DNA of 64,000 nt from a bacterium (GCA_963674595.2 CAXXFV010000014.1:32001-96000); one strand, 5' to 3'; shown: positions 20,235 to 31,249, counted from the stretch's first letter. Notes: generated from the sequence alone by a model not told the origin. A program made the numbers and translations.

Positions 20235-21308
20235 TTGTATATGAATTCAGAATCGCTTTTTAATGGCTATCCTGACATAAATCCGCCTCTATTAACAAAG
20301 GGATTAGACATCCCTTCTTTAATAGAGCTGATGAGCAGGACGTGCTTTGAAGCCAGGAATGTAGCCAGAGGCGCATCCTTGTTTAAACAAATGGTCGACG
20401 ATAATGACACCATCTGGCTTGGTATAGCAGGTGCGGGAATAGCCGGAGGAATGGGGGGAATGATTATTTCCCTGTTAGAGGCCGGTTTTATTGACGTCAT
20501 TTGTTCAACAGGCGCTCAGGTTTATCATGACTTGCATTTTGCTTTTAATCTTCCGGTAAAAGCAATTAATCCGAATATGGACGATGATATATTACGTCAA
20601 CACGGTGATACACGAATTTTTGACATTGGAATTCGTGAAAAGGAAACACTCGAAGCTCAAGATGAAATCATCAGAAAGTTTGTTAAGGAACGATTTGATG
20701 TGCTTTCTACCGGTCATTTGGCAAGCTGGGAATTTAATTACCAGCTTGGTCAATGGACGCTTGAAAATGCACCGTATCCGGAAAAAAGTTTTGTGGCAAC
20801 AGCAGCAAAACTTAAAGTACCGATATTCTGGGATTCCCAATCCAATCATTCGATTGCCATGAATTTGGCTCGAACAGAAAAAGAAGGTTATCCCGTTTTT
20901 GTTTCCGGTCAAAAAGACATTATCGATTCAGCAGCAATATCTTTTAATGCCAGGCACACAGGATTTGTTGAACTCGGCGGCGGCGGACCAAAAAATTTCA
21001 TTCAACAAACCGGTCCGACAATCAGCCAGATACTCGGTATAGACTTTGAAGGAGCAGACCGAGGGCTGCAGATAGGTACGGCAGTTGAACGGGAAGGAAG
21101 TCTTTCAAGTTGTACATTCGGAGAAGCCGTTACCTGGGGGAAATACAAATGCGCTGCTCACGAAAAGCTGGTACAAATTTGGGGAGAATATAGCATCATT
21201 TTCCCGTTACTGGCGGCCTATGTTTTTGATAAATGTTCTGAGAGAAAACAAAAATCGGTTATTCAAAAAATGCCTGAATGGTTAAAAAATCTGGACCAGG
21301 CCAAATGA
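20235..21308 (+). CDS. Deoxyhypusine synthase-like protein (probable homospermidine synthase)
   Basis: STGAQVYHD, DTRIFD, LGGGGPKNF, GSLSS and EAVTWGK, with the catalytic Lys position retained. Confidence 0.88.
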   Translation: MYMNSESLFNGYPDINPPLLTKGLDIPSLIELMSRTCFEARNVARGASLFKQMVDDNDTIWLGIAGAGIAGGMGGMIISLLEAGFIDVICSTGAQVYHDLHFAFNLPVKAINPNMDDDILRQHGDTRIFDIGIREKETLEAQDEIIRKFVKERFDVLSTGHLASWEFNYQLGQWTLENAPYPEKSFVATAAKLKVPIFWDSQSNHSIAMNLARTEKEGYPVFVSGQKDIIDSAAISFNARHTGFVELGGGGPKNFIQQTGPTISQILGIDFEGADRGLQIGTAVEREGSLSSCTFGEAVTWGKYKCAAHEKLVQIWGEYSIIFPLLAAYVFDKCSERKQKSVIQKMPEWLKNLDQAK

Positions 21309-22168
21309 AATTATACAAAAGCCAATTTCTTAATCCGGAACCAGAATACACAAACATTGAAACAGCAAAAGTTGCTATAATCCCCTATCCTTATGAAGGG
21401 GGTGTTTCTTACGGGAAAGGTACGGAACAGGCACCGGATGCTGTTATTGAGGCATCACATTACCTGGAATTATACGATGAAGTACTGGATGCAGAACCAT
21501 ACAAAGTTGGGATTGCCACGATTGATCCTCAGGAAATTCCTGATAAATCGGAAGAAATGATCACTCATCTGTACCGTCTTACAAAAACGTTGATCCAACA
21601 AAATAAATTTATAGCCGTTATCGGAGGTGATCATTCCATCTCCAGCGGCTGTTTTAAAGCTTTCTTTGAAAAACACAAAACGATTTCAGTTATTCAGTTT
21701 GATGCTCATTCTGATTTGCGCGATGCTTATGAGGGCAGCAAGCTCAGCCATGCCAGTGTTATGGCACGTATTCGGGAAATGACACCTCATACGCTTCAAC
21801 TGGGTATTCGCAGTATGAGTATCGAAGAAGCAGAGGTTGTTAAAAAAGAAAATATCCAACTCTATACAATGCACAAGCTGCGTAAGGGTAATATTAACAT
21901 AAAACAGCTTCTCGACAATCTACCGGACCCGGTTTTTATTACATTTGATGTCGATGCCCTGGATTGGAGCATTGTATCAAGTACCGGAACGCCGGAACCG
22001 GGAGGTTTTTATTGGGATGAAGTTTTGGAAATTCTTGAATTAATATTTTCCACAAAAAATGTGATCGGATTTGACATTGTTGAATTGTCAGCCAACGATC
22101 CCAATTCTCCTTTTGCCGTGGCAAAACTATTATATAAAATGCTGGGATTCAAGTTCTCATTAAAATAA
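21305..22168 (+). CDS. speB: Agmatinase (ureohydrolase)
   Basis: GGDHSIS, DAHSD, SHAS, FDVDALD and TGTPEPGG. ATG at 21305 overlaps the upstream TGA. Confidence 0.9.
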   Translation: MKLYKSQFLNPEPEYTNIETAKVAIIPYPYEGGVSYGKGTEQAPDAVIEASHYLELYDEVLDAEPYKVGIATIDPQEIPDKSEEMITHLYRLTKTLIQQNKFIAVIGGDHSISSGCFKAFFEKHKTISVIQFDAHSDLRDAYEGSKLSHASVMARIREMTPHTLQLGIRSMSIEEAEVVKKENIQLYTMHKLRKGNINIKQLLDNLPDPVFITFDVDALDWSIVSSTGTPEPGGFYWDEVLEILELIFSTKNVIGFDIVELSANDPNSPFAVAKLLYKMLGFKFSLK

Positions 22169-22252
22169 TCCGATTATTTTTTGCTTGCTTAAAACAACTG
22201 GAAATTGTAATATATTACTTAACAAGTTCTGATCACTAAACTCAAGACGAAT

Positions 22253-23434
22253 ATGAAAAAATCTCTGGACATCAAGATCGAGCGAATTCACGCTGACCAT
22301 AGTTGTAAAGATTTTATGCTGGCAGACGCCAAAGATGCGGATATGGCATTTGGCATTGCGGCTCCGGGTAAAAGCCCCGAACATCATGCACAGGAAGGGA
22401 AATTTCGCACATTAGCAGAATACCGCGATATTATCCGACAGGTTATTAATCAGGCCCAGGTTGATATTGTTCTCATGTCTGCAAGCACAAGTGAAATATT
22501 GACCATTGAAGAAGGTCTGTTTACAAACAGTCCGGTTACACCGGCGGCTCGCGCCAATGATACCACTGACGTTCATGTCATTACCGGCGGTAAATACATC
22601 AGCCAACCAACCCAACCCTTTCGTTCGGCAACCATCGACCACATGCAGTGCGGCAAATACGAATGTACGCCGGAAGAACGTAAACTGGGCGCCAACCTCG
22701 GACTTTATTCGGTAACCTATAACAACAACCTGGAACTCGACCTTTTAACATTAGAAAGATTCCACGAGTTTCGCCTTGAAGCAGAAAAAAAAGGCTTTCG
22801 TTATTTTCTTGAAGTTTTTAACCCAAATGTGCCTGAAGCAGTTGACCCGGAAAAACTGGGACAATTTATAAATGATCATATTGTAAGGGATTTAGCCGGT
22901 GTTACCAAAGCCGGGCGTCCTCTCTTTCTCAAAGTTGTTTACCAGGGACCAAAATTTATGGAACAACTGGCAACCTATGATCCGGATTTGATCCCGGGAA
23001 TCCTGGGCGGTTCCTCAGGAACGACCTATGATGCATTTAAAATGCTTCAAGATGCTAAAAAATACGGAGCGCGTATCGCCCTTTACGGACGCAAGATCAA
23101 CCATTCCGAGCATCAGTTGGCGTTTATTTCATTTTTACGTTTAATAGCAGATGGTGATATAGCAGCCGAAGAAGCGGTGAAAGCCTATCACAGCGTTCTG
23201 GAAAAACTTGGAATCCGTCCCTATCGAACACTGGAAGAGGACATGCAGGTTACAAATCAGGCTGTTTCCTATGGCGGCAGCGGCGGTACGGTTTCCGTTC
23301 CGGCAGCTATCAGCAAAAAGCCAAGCACCAACGGCCTTCCTCAAACACAATCGTCCGAACCTGATTTCAGCAAGATGACCCCAAAAGAAAAAATCGAATA
23401 TAACCGAAAAAAATGGTCAAATATTTTAGGATAG
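22253..23434 (+). CDS. Uncharacterised class I aldolase-like TIM-barrel protein
   Basis: ADAKDADMAFG, DIVLMSAS, FLEVFNPN, PLFLKVVY (candidate Schiff-base Lys), GILGG and ALYGRKIN resemble DhnA/LacD-type barrels. Fold assignment is inference. Confidence 0.55.
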   Translation: MKKSLDIKIERIHADHSCKDFMLADAKDADMAFGIAAPGKSPEHHAQEGKFRTLAEYRDIIRQVINQAQVDIVLMSASTSEILTIEEGLFTNSPVTPAARANDTTDVHVITGGKYISQPTQPFRSATIDHMQCGKYECTPEERKLGANLGLYSVTYNNNLELDLLTLERFHEFRLEAEKKGFRYFLEVFNPNVPEAVDPEKLGQFINDHIVRDLAGVTKAGRPLFLKVVYQGPKFMEQLATYDPDLIPGILGGSSGTTYDAFKMLQDAKKYGARIALYGRKINHSEHQLAFISFLRLIADGDIAAEEAVKAYHSVLEKLGIRPYRTLEEDMQVTNQAVSYGGSGGTVSVPAAISKKPSTNGLPQTQSSEPDFSKMTPKEKIEYNRKKWSNILG

Positions 23435-23464
23435 AAAAAAAGGCGTTTTAAAAACGCCTTTTTT
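23435..23464. terminator. Bidirectional intrinsic terminator
   Basis: AAAAAAGGCGTTTT-aa-AAACGCCTTTTTT between convergent genes. Confidence 0.8.
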
Positions 23465-23465
23465 G

Positions 23466-25892
23466 TTATTCAGCAAATTTTAAATATCCAAACCGCCAGG
23501 GTAAATGAAAAGCAATCCGTTCGGTTTTGTGCCAGGCATAGTGGTCACGTTGTCCTTTAACCGGCGTATCAATTCTGTAAAAATTTGCCCGCCAAACATC
23601 TCCCGGCAATGGCGGCGTATTCGGAGCGCCATATAACTGATCAAAGGGAATTGCATATTCCACAGTATATCCTTTTGCCCCGCCCTTAACATCCGGTTGT
23701 CCGTCAATATATACTTTTGTTTGCAATCCTTCTACCTGATAATCCGTGAGACCGGTAAAGGCATCATTAGGTCTTTCCGGCGTTCGGTTATTCAAAATAG
23801 AAGCCGTAAAACGTACGTTTTTCGGACTGACATTTATCTCATAATATTGATGGGCACAACTTGCCGGGTTCAGGAACACTTCAACACACTCTTCATCCCA
23901 AATCGGCCCGTCTTCTTCTGTTACCGTTCCCCATACATAATCGTCTTCACATTGAAAAGCGACAAATAAATATTTATCATTATACAATGCCTTTACGGAC
24001 GTGTTGAATGTTCCCGGTTTACCGGTGACGGCATCCTCAAGTATCATTGTCTCTGCTTTTTCCCAAAGCGGATCGTCCATTTTCCCGGAAAGAACAACAT
24101 CACGGTCTACTTTTTGACAAATATATTCCGGAATTAATAATGCTTTTTCTTCTGTACTCATATCCAACACCAATCCTTTATCTTTATACTGAATAAATAA
24201 TTTCTGACTGTTTATTTCTGATTTTAAAAAGGGTCCGTTAAACAATTTATAATCTGCAAAATTGATATTTTTGCCATTCAGCTTGCGGACGCCATCCACT
24301 GAAAACACCATCACATTACCGGAAGAAGTCGTATAGGCAACCATACCGGTTTGATCATAGGTATCAATTGCCAGACTGTTTTTACGAACCTGCTTTTTAA
24401 ATGTTTCAAAGGACTGATAGTCGCTTTGGTTCGCGACTTCAACAATACAACCATTACGGCCATCCGAACTTTGAAGACGATAATGATCGTTTTCATCAAT
24501 CCATTGATAGGGTTTTAACGGATAATAGGCAATAAAGATTTTTTCGACCTGACAAAAAATCCAACCCGACTCGTCCACTTGTCTTTTATCCATCTCCTTG
24601 GTAAAAAATCCGTCGATATGCTGAAATTTAACACCTTTAGGAATGTCATAAAGTACGATAATTGCATTTTCATGCTGAAAGGTTTGTTCATAAGGGGAAC
24701 TGGAACTCCATTTTTTCTCACTTCCATAATAGGTATGAAATCGGGCAACCATATTGGTTGAGTATTTCATTTCTTCAGGGAAAAACATTCCCAGGTCTTT
24801 CTCGCCAATAAAAGGATGCACAGTAAACAAAACCGACTGGCTGTCCTTTGTAACCCAACTGACGTCCCATGTATGCTGCTGAATGGGCTGCAAAATACCG
24901 CCGCCCATCATAGAGCCTAATGCGTAATCCTCTGTCATATATGTATACTTGTAAACCGGGGGATTTTTTTCACTTCCAAGTCTGATAACATTTCGTACGC
25001 GTTTGGTTTCAGTGTGAACATAGGGTTTCGATCTGTCTGTGCCGATATAATACAAAATTTCCGGAATGACAAAGTCGCTCAACGCTGCGGATACCAATGT
25101 GGCATTGAACAGGGGTTCTGTCTGTCCGAAAAAGAGCCAACCCCATCCTGACATCAAAGATTCCGGCTCCAGCCGGTTGGTCAAGCGGTCCGGATATTCA
25201 CGGCTATGCGCACCTACATATTGACCCTTGAGGTGCTCCACAGCATAATCGGCAATCAACCAGTGCAGCATTAATCCGGCCTTCTCTTTCATAACCGGGT
25301 CTTTAGCATGTTGATAAAGACCAAACAAGGGTGACAACATAACGGCTGTATAGGTCGGCGAATCAAACTCACCTTGTCCGATGGAGGTTGTTATGTCCAT
25401 CCATTCAAGCAGCCACTGTTCTGCTTCTTTTTGATTTTCAGCAGAAGACTTGCCGGTGTACCATTTTTCAGGACCAAGATCGGGAAAGGTTTGTGCGGCC
25501 AGGTACAATCCAATGTAATACATACAAAAATGGTTTTCAGTATCACCACGGAAAAAATCTGCCCGCGCCATATAGTCCTGTATTTGTTTTTTAAATTTAG
25601 CAGGCAGTTCGTTTTCAACAGCCAGATAGGATGTCATAAGAGAATATATAGTAAACATACCGGCTGGTGCGGTATCATAACGATTAAAAACCCTGGTAAA
25701 ATGCTGCAAGCCCTGTTTTTTATGACCACTTTTAATTTTCGCCGCCGCCATAAAAAAATCCAAACTTGAAGAAGAATCCGCCCAGGCCAAAACCTGTTTT
25801 ACACGGTTTTTATAATCCTGTTCAATGGATTGTGCCGGTAGATTTTGAACAGAAAAAAGCAACAAGCCACAAAATATAATAATCTTTTTCAT
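23466..25892 (-). CDS. Secreted heparinase II/III-like toroid protein with C-terminal CBM9-like sugar-binding domain
   Basis: Signal peptide MKKIIIFCGLLL; TENH, GEFDSPTY and GAHSREY; C-terminal 'ALYNDKYLFVAF...DEECVEVF...YYEINVSP...WRANFYR' CBM9-like. Confidence 0.6.
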   Translation of the reverse strand: MKKIIIFCGLLLFSVQNLPAQSIEQDYKNRVKQVLAWADSSSSLDFFMAAAKIKSGHKKQGLQHFTRVFNRYDTAPAGMFTIYSLMTSYLAVENELPAKFKKQIQDYMARADFFRGDTENHFCMYYIGLYLAAQTFPDLGPEKWYTGKSSAENQKEAEQWLLEWMDITTSIGQGEFDSPTYTAVMLSPLFGLYQHAKDPVMKEKAGLMLHWLIADYAVEHLKGQYVGAHSREYPDRLTNRLEPESLMSGWGWLFFGQTEPLFNATLVSAALSDFVIPEILYYIGTDRSKPYVHTETKRVRNVIRLGSEKNPPVYKYTYMTEDYALGSMMGGGILQPIQQHTWDVSWVTKDSQSVLFTVHPFIGEKDLGMFFPEEMKYSTNMVARFHTYYGSEKKWSSSSPYEQTFQHENAIIVLYDIPKGVKFQHIDGFFTKEMDKRQVDESGWIFCQVEKIFIAYYPLKPYQWIDENDHYRLQSSDGRNGCIVEVANQSDYQSFETFKKQVRKNSLAIDTYDQTGMVAYTTSSGNVMVFSVDGVRKLNGKNINFADYKLFNGPFLKSEINSQKLFIQYKDKGLVLDMSTEEKALLIPEYICQKVDRDVVLSGKMDDPLWEKAETMILEDAVTGKPGTFNTSVKALYNDKYLFVAFQCEDDYVWGTVTEEDGPIWDEECVEVFLNPASCAHQYYEINVSPKNVRFTASILNNRTPERPNDAFTGLTDYQVEGLQTKVYIDGQPDVKGGAKGYTVEYAIPFDQLYGAPNTPPLPGDVWRANFYRIDTPVKGQRDHYAWHKTERIAFHLPWRFGYLKFAE

Positions 25893-25911
25893 TATAATCT
25901 TTCCTTGATAT

Positions 25912-26914
25912 CTATTCATAAACAATGTCCCATACTTCACAGGTCTCAAGCCCGATAAAACGCCAGGATTTTCCGGCATTCTGTGTCATCCAAACTCCAT
26001 CCCCAAGGGTCCCGGCATAGATTGTATTTTTATCGGACGGGTCCACAAGCAATGAATGAATTTCCAAATTAGTCAAACCGTTATTCACAGGCATCCATTC
26101 CTGCCCACAATTCAAACTTGCATAAACTCCGCCTTCATAGGTACCGGCATAGATAATATTTTCATCCTGCGGTGAAAAAGCAAGGGCGTAAACAGTCTTG
26201 TGTTTCAATCCATTATTTCTCTTTTCCCATGTTTTTCCGTGATTTTGAGAAATAAACACGCCATCATCTTCGGTTGCCGCCGCAAATAAATCGGTTTTAA
26301 CAGGATGCTGAATTAAACGACGGATGCCGAGTCCAAGAAGTGCGATGGGTTCCCACAGGTCTCCCCCATTGTTACTTTTATGAATACCGGATTCTGTCGC
26401 GCAGAATAAAACATCTGGATCGGACTTGTCAAAAAAAACAACCGGTGTAAACGTAGATGTCAATCCCTTGTTTTTCTCTTTCCAATCTTTGCCGCCGTTA
26501 ACAGTTTTAAAAATCCCATAAGATATGGCGGCATAAACCGTATTTACATCTCGCGGATCAATGGCCGTGTACAGACACTCGGTCATGTCCGAACCTGTGG
26601 AAATGATCCAATCTTTACCGCTATTTTCAGATTTTAAAATACCGTTCCCGGCAGACAGGTAAAAAATTCGATCAGAATTAACCTTGACTGTAGAGACTGA
26701 AAAACCCTTGGTAAACAACCAGCCGTAATGGTTCCAGTTTTTTCCGCGATCATTCGTGGAAAACAAACCCAACTGTAGAAAATTTATGGTTGCCGATTTT
26801 ATAATTTTTTGAGGCTCTGACAACAGCATATATATTTTTTTCACCGGCATGGCCAGGATGATTCATTATAAAAAGCAACATTATAGGGAAGATTATTTTA
26901 TTAATTCGAAACAC
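25912..26914 (-). CDS. Secreted BNR/Asp-box (VPS10-like) beta-propeller protein; one apparent frameshift near 26769
   Basis: Repeated 'G..KS.NGG..W...N.GL' motifs. The signal peptide (GTG 26914, MFRINKIIFPIMLLF..., GGGAG RBS) is in another frame and joins if one G is removed from GGG. Confidence 0.8.
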
Positions 26915-26941
26915 ATGAAACTCCCGTTGTTTAAGTTAAGC

Positions 26942-28259
26942 TTAATTATTACTCTCTTTAAAACATATCTGTAATTCTTTTAATTTAGCAAGAACAGGTA
27001 TAAAAATCACATCAAGAATAGGAATGTGTACACCGGTGATGGAGATTGCTTTCTGCGCAATTAAATGAACGGCCGTAGCTGCGGGTAGTCCGACCGTACG
27101 CGCCATGGCCGAGTCTCCTCCTGGTTCACCATATTCAACTAGACAGGAACAAATGTGTTGTTGCCGGTTATTGTCCCATTTTACGGTGAACTCGTGTTGT
27201 AGTACAATCATGTCCTGTTCGTTTGGCTCATACTTCATGATAGATTGCATCTGTTCAACAAGCGCATCCAAAGGTGAAGAAACAGGGGTCTTTTATGGCG
27301 TTATTTGATAAAAGTCCCAGCCATTCCATTCGTTTGATGACATCAGATTCCGGCTCAAGTTTAAGAAAATCCGCCAATAAATCAACATTAAACTTTTCAA
27401 CATCAACATTCATTAATACGGCTGTCAATTCCAAAAATGTTGCCGGGTGTTGATGAGGAAAATTTTCTTTTAAATAACCGAGAGCAGCTAAAGCATCAAT
27501 CGTATCACACCAGCCCGGATAACGAAAGGTACCGCGGAAAAAAGTACGGGTATCTTTTAATCCGTACAAATCACGATATTTGAGGGAATCACGATTGGGA
27601 TAAACCTCCAGATCACCAATGGTGTCAACATTTTTCATCCAATAATGTTTAAACAATTGCTCACCGTGAACATGTTTTTCCCCTCCGTCTTTGAGATATA
27701 CAGCCGGCTGCCGTGCCGCTAACAAGACTCCTCTCGGACTCCAGGAAAATTTATATCCCATCGGATTGTTATTGTCTTTTGGGCTTGGCAGGCCACCGCA
27801 ACTGCTTTCAAATCCGATGATGGTGCCGCCTTTGGCGTGAACATCGGAAATAATTTTCATTGCGGACATGTGGTCCAAACCGGGATCAAGCCCAACTTCA
27901 TTCAAAAACAAAACACCGGCATTTTTGGCCTCAGCATCAAGCGCCTTCATTTCAGGACTCACATAAGAGGTCGTAACAAGATGGACTTTGAATTTTAAAC
28001 ACACCCTGGCAATTACCACATGAAATGATGCCGGCAACAAACTGACGGCTATATCCGCATTTTTTACGGCTGCTTCCAGTTCACTTGTGTTATTCACATT
28101 CAGCCCGGCAGACGAACAATTCTGCAATCCCCGAATAACGGTGTTCGCCTTAACTAAATCCTGATCATATACTAATAGCTCATATTCATTTTGTTGTGCC
28201 AGATATTTCACCAAAGGACGGGAAACAAATCCGGCCCCGAAAACCGCAATTTTTTTCAT
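26942..28259 (-). CDS. Saccharopine dehydrogenase (L-glutamate-forming, Lys9/AASS-SDH type); one apparent frameshift near 27292
   Basis: GAGFV, VTTSYVS, NEVGLDPGLDH, CGGLP, YKFSWSPRG, YPNRDS and RGTFRY; C-terminal 'SAMARTVGLP' is in ORF 26942-27271. Confidence 0.9.
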
Positions 28260-28271
28260 AACAAATTCCGA

Positions 28272-29574
28272 TTATTCCAAATATTTTGACATGTATTGAT
28301 AATCCGGTGTTAATTGACCGTTTTTTACAATCATGGCCTTTTTAATTTCCTGTGAAAGTTTTAATTTTTCCATTGGCTGTGAAAAATCCGCTTCCACAAG
28401 TTCAGGAACATACTGCCATAAAGTTTCACTAAAAGTACGCGAGGCGTCGCGCGGCAACTCTGCCGGCAGATTATCGACGGCCATAATCACAACACCTTCT
28501 CCCTGCACACCATCAATAATTTTGTTTTTCAATGCATTGTAAACAAAAGCAGGTTTATCAGGTGTCGTAACTTTTTCCGTACATTCGATGGCGCCGTTAA
28601 TATCACAGCTTATATCACCTATCACCAGCAATTTCAATTTTTCAGCAGACTGTTGTTTTTTTAAAAAAGATTTTGTAACCAATCGGGGATACTTTTCCTC
28701 CCAGTAAATCCCATTTATTAAAATAGTAAGATAAGGAAGAAACTCTGTAAAACGCGGTTGATATGCTTCCGGATAGGTATAATATTCATCTAAATCAAAA
28801 GCATGGCCCCGATGTTTCGGTTTGACCATATGTTCTTCTTTAAAAATAACTTTATAAAAATGGTTTTCATAACTGCTTTCCAAATCAGGTAATTCTTCAG
28901 GGCTGATGTGAATATGCGGTAAAAGATTAAAAATCTCCTGAGAGCCGGTGGAAACACGACCATAACCGGTAAAACCAAAAACATAGGGAGCAAATCGTTT
29001 GGGCAAGCCATACTGCAATACTTTTTTACCCACAGCATGAATGTGTTCCATAGCATCATCAAGACAACGGTATTGATAGGCCGAACGCAGGGCCGATAAC
29101 GAGTGAGTCAAATCCCATAACCTTCATACGCTGCCCCAGTAGCGCCAGCGTATCAATCATTCCGGCCAAACCGGCATATCTTCCAAAAAACACAAGTCTG
29201 GCACCCAAAGAATTTTTTATACACTCATAATCGACAAGCGTACAATTTAAAGCCAGTATCTTTTTCAATAACGGCATGTTATAAGCCTGACCCTTAATTG
29301 TGTGCGAGAAAAATAAATATGTTTTTTGAGGAAATAATAAATCAACTGGTATTTCTTTAACGGCGAGTATTACCGGGCATTCATTTAAATTTTCACTGAT
29401 TTTTGCACCGGCTTCCAGATATTCCTGGTCTGTATAGGCCCTGTTGGGAAACGGCTGCACAATGGTCTCAATTCCGTATTCGGATTTTAAATATTCGACA
29501 TGTTTCGGAATAATGGGGACTCGGCGCTCCCATTCATTTTTATCTTCACGCCGGATACCAATCAACTTTGCCAT
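28272..29574 (-). CDS. Lysine-ketoglutarate reductase (AlaDH/PNT fold, AASS-LKR type); one apparent frameshift near 29102
   Basis: IRREDKNEWERR, VKEIP, FFSHTIKGQ, DYE, FFGRYAGLAG, NGIYW..KYPRLVT, DISCD.NGAIE and AVDNLPAELP. Confidence 0.88.
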
Positions 29575-29705
29575 ATCACTTCCTCGGAATAAACACAGTT
29601 GAATTTCTGGGTTAAAAAACCGGATTGTAACCTAAATAAAAATCGCTATAAAGTCAATTGAAAATTAATTCACACATTATTGTCCCATTAAAAAAATTTT
29701 GACTG

Positions 29706-30197
29706 TCATGGGGTTAAAATTTGCTTAATAATTTTTATACACTCTGCCGGACTGTCGGTATATTTTAGCAGCCCGTTTTCCACATATTCCTGAAATACCG
29801 GTCGAAGATCAAAATTAAGCAGCACAACCGGCTTGTTATTTTTCAAGGCCATGGCGACTTCGGTGATTGTGCCGGCTGATCCGGGACAGGCAATAACAAC
29901 ATCGCTGCTTAAAACATTAACAAGATTCCGGGCGTCTGACAAGTTGGTCACAATGGGTATATCAATAAACGGATTAGTGTCCTTTTTATTGCCTGTTGGT
30001 AAAATCCCAATGGTCAAACCGCCTTTTGATTTAGCGCCTTTTGCCGAGGCCCGCATCACACCGGCGTTTCGTCCGCCGTTTAACAGGGTCCAGCCGTTTT
30101 CAGCAATCAGAGCCCCTAATTCAAAGGCAAGCTGTTCGGTTTCGACAGAAACGTCAGCGCCGCCCATAACCCCGATGATAATTCGACGATTTTCCAT
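29706..30197 (-). CDS. TIGR00725-family (LOG/SLOG-like) nucleotide-binding protein
   Basis: IIGVMGG, NGGRNAGVMRA, TIGILP, DARNLVN and GSAGT..E. Confidence 0.88.
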   Translation of the reverse strand: MENRRIIIGVMGGADVSVETEQLAFELGALIAENGWTLLNGGRNAGVMRASAKGAKSKGGLTIGILPTGNKKDTNPFIDIPIVTNLSDARNLVNVLSSDVVIACPGSAGTITEVAMALKNNKPVVLLNFDLRPVFQEYVENGLLKYTDSPAECIKIIKQILTP

Positions 30198-30200
30198 TAT

Positions 30201-31249
30201 TTACCCCGTAATACTTTTGTTAGCATGTTTTGCGGCCAGTTGCCCGCAGGCAGCATCAATGTCGTCACCTTTGCTCCAGCGCACTGATACCGGCGCTTTT
30301 AATTCGTCACGGATCCATTGGGCAAATCGTTCAACACTTTCGGTATCCGGTCGTTTAAACGCATCTATAGATTCATTATAAGGGATGACATTTATTTTGC
30401 AGGGAATGTTTTTTCATTAAACGAATTATTTCCCGGGCTTCTTTATGGGTATCATTAATTCCGGCCAAAAGTACATATTCAAATGTTGGACGTAATTTTG
30501 ATTTTTGCACATATCGTTTTACTGCCTTTAGTAAAACATCAAGGTCCCACTTTTTCGTTATCGGCATAATTTTGCAGCGCTGTTCCTCAAAGGGAGAATT
30601 CAGTGAAATTGCTAATTTAAATTTGTGCTTCTCATCAGTGTATTGCAGCAGTCTGTCAACAACGCCGGCCGTAGATATAACAATATGCCGCGAACTGATC
30701 GCCAGACCGTCCATGTGGTTTATCAGATATGCCGCTTTTATGACATTATCATAATTCATAAAAGGTTCGCCCATCCCCATAAAGACCACATTTGTCAAAT
30801 CCTGCCCGGTATCTCTTGAAACAGCAGCAACCTGCTCAACAATTTCAGCAGGGCTCAAATTTCGCTTGAATCCCAACCGGGCTGTTGCACAAAAACGGCA
30901 GTTGAGAGCGCAACCCACTTGAGAAGAAATACACAAGGTCCTTCTGTCGTTTTCAGGGATAAATACGCTTTCGATTTTGTGCCCATCAGCCCAGTTCAAA
31001 CAAGTATTTTATGGCCCCTGAAACCGGGGATTCTTTCCGGTCAGCCATGTGTAAACAACTTATTTGTGCTGATTGAACAAGTTTTTCACGAAGCGATTTT
31101 GACAAACTGGTCATTTCTTCGAATGAAGCAGCCTTACGAACATATAACCAGTTAAAAAGCTGTCGGCCCCGAAACGGTTTTTCGCCAATATCCTGAAAAA
31201 AATCTTCCAGTTCCTTGACTGTAAGTCCTGTTAAAATTTTCTTTTCCAT
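30201..31249 (-). CDS. rlmN: Dual-specificity RNA methyltransferase RlmN (radical SAM); two apparent frameshifts (~30991, ~30412)
   Basis: FRGRQL, CISSQVGCALNCRFCAT, VFMGMGEP and FEYVL; the C-terminal 'NVIPYN...GDDIDAACGQL' is recovered in a third frame ending TAA at 30201. Confidence 0.93.

Noticed and set aside
20235-21308. True eIF5A-modifying deoxyhypusine synthase
   Set aside because: Bacterial context between arginine decarboxylase and agmatinase favours polyamine synthesis; no eIF5A/efp nearby.
29833-30381. 182-aa + strand ORF
   Set aside because: Antisense shadow of the TIGR00725 gene and the rlmN 3' end.
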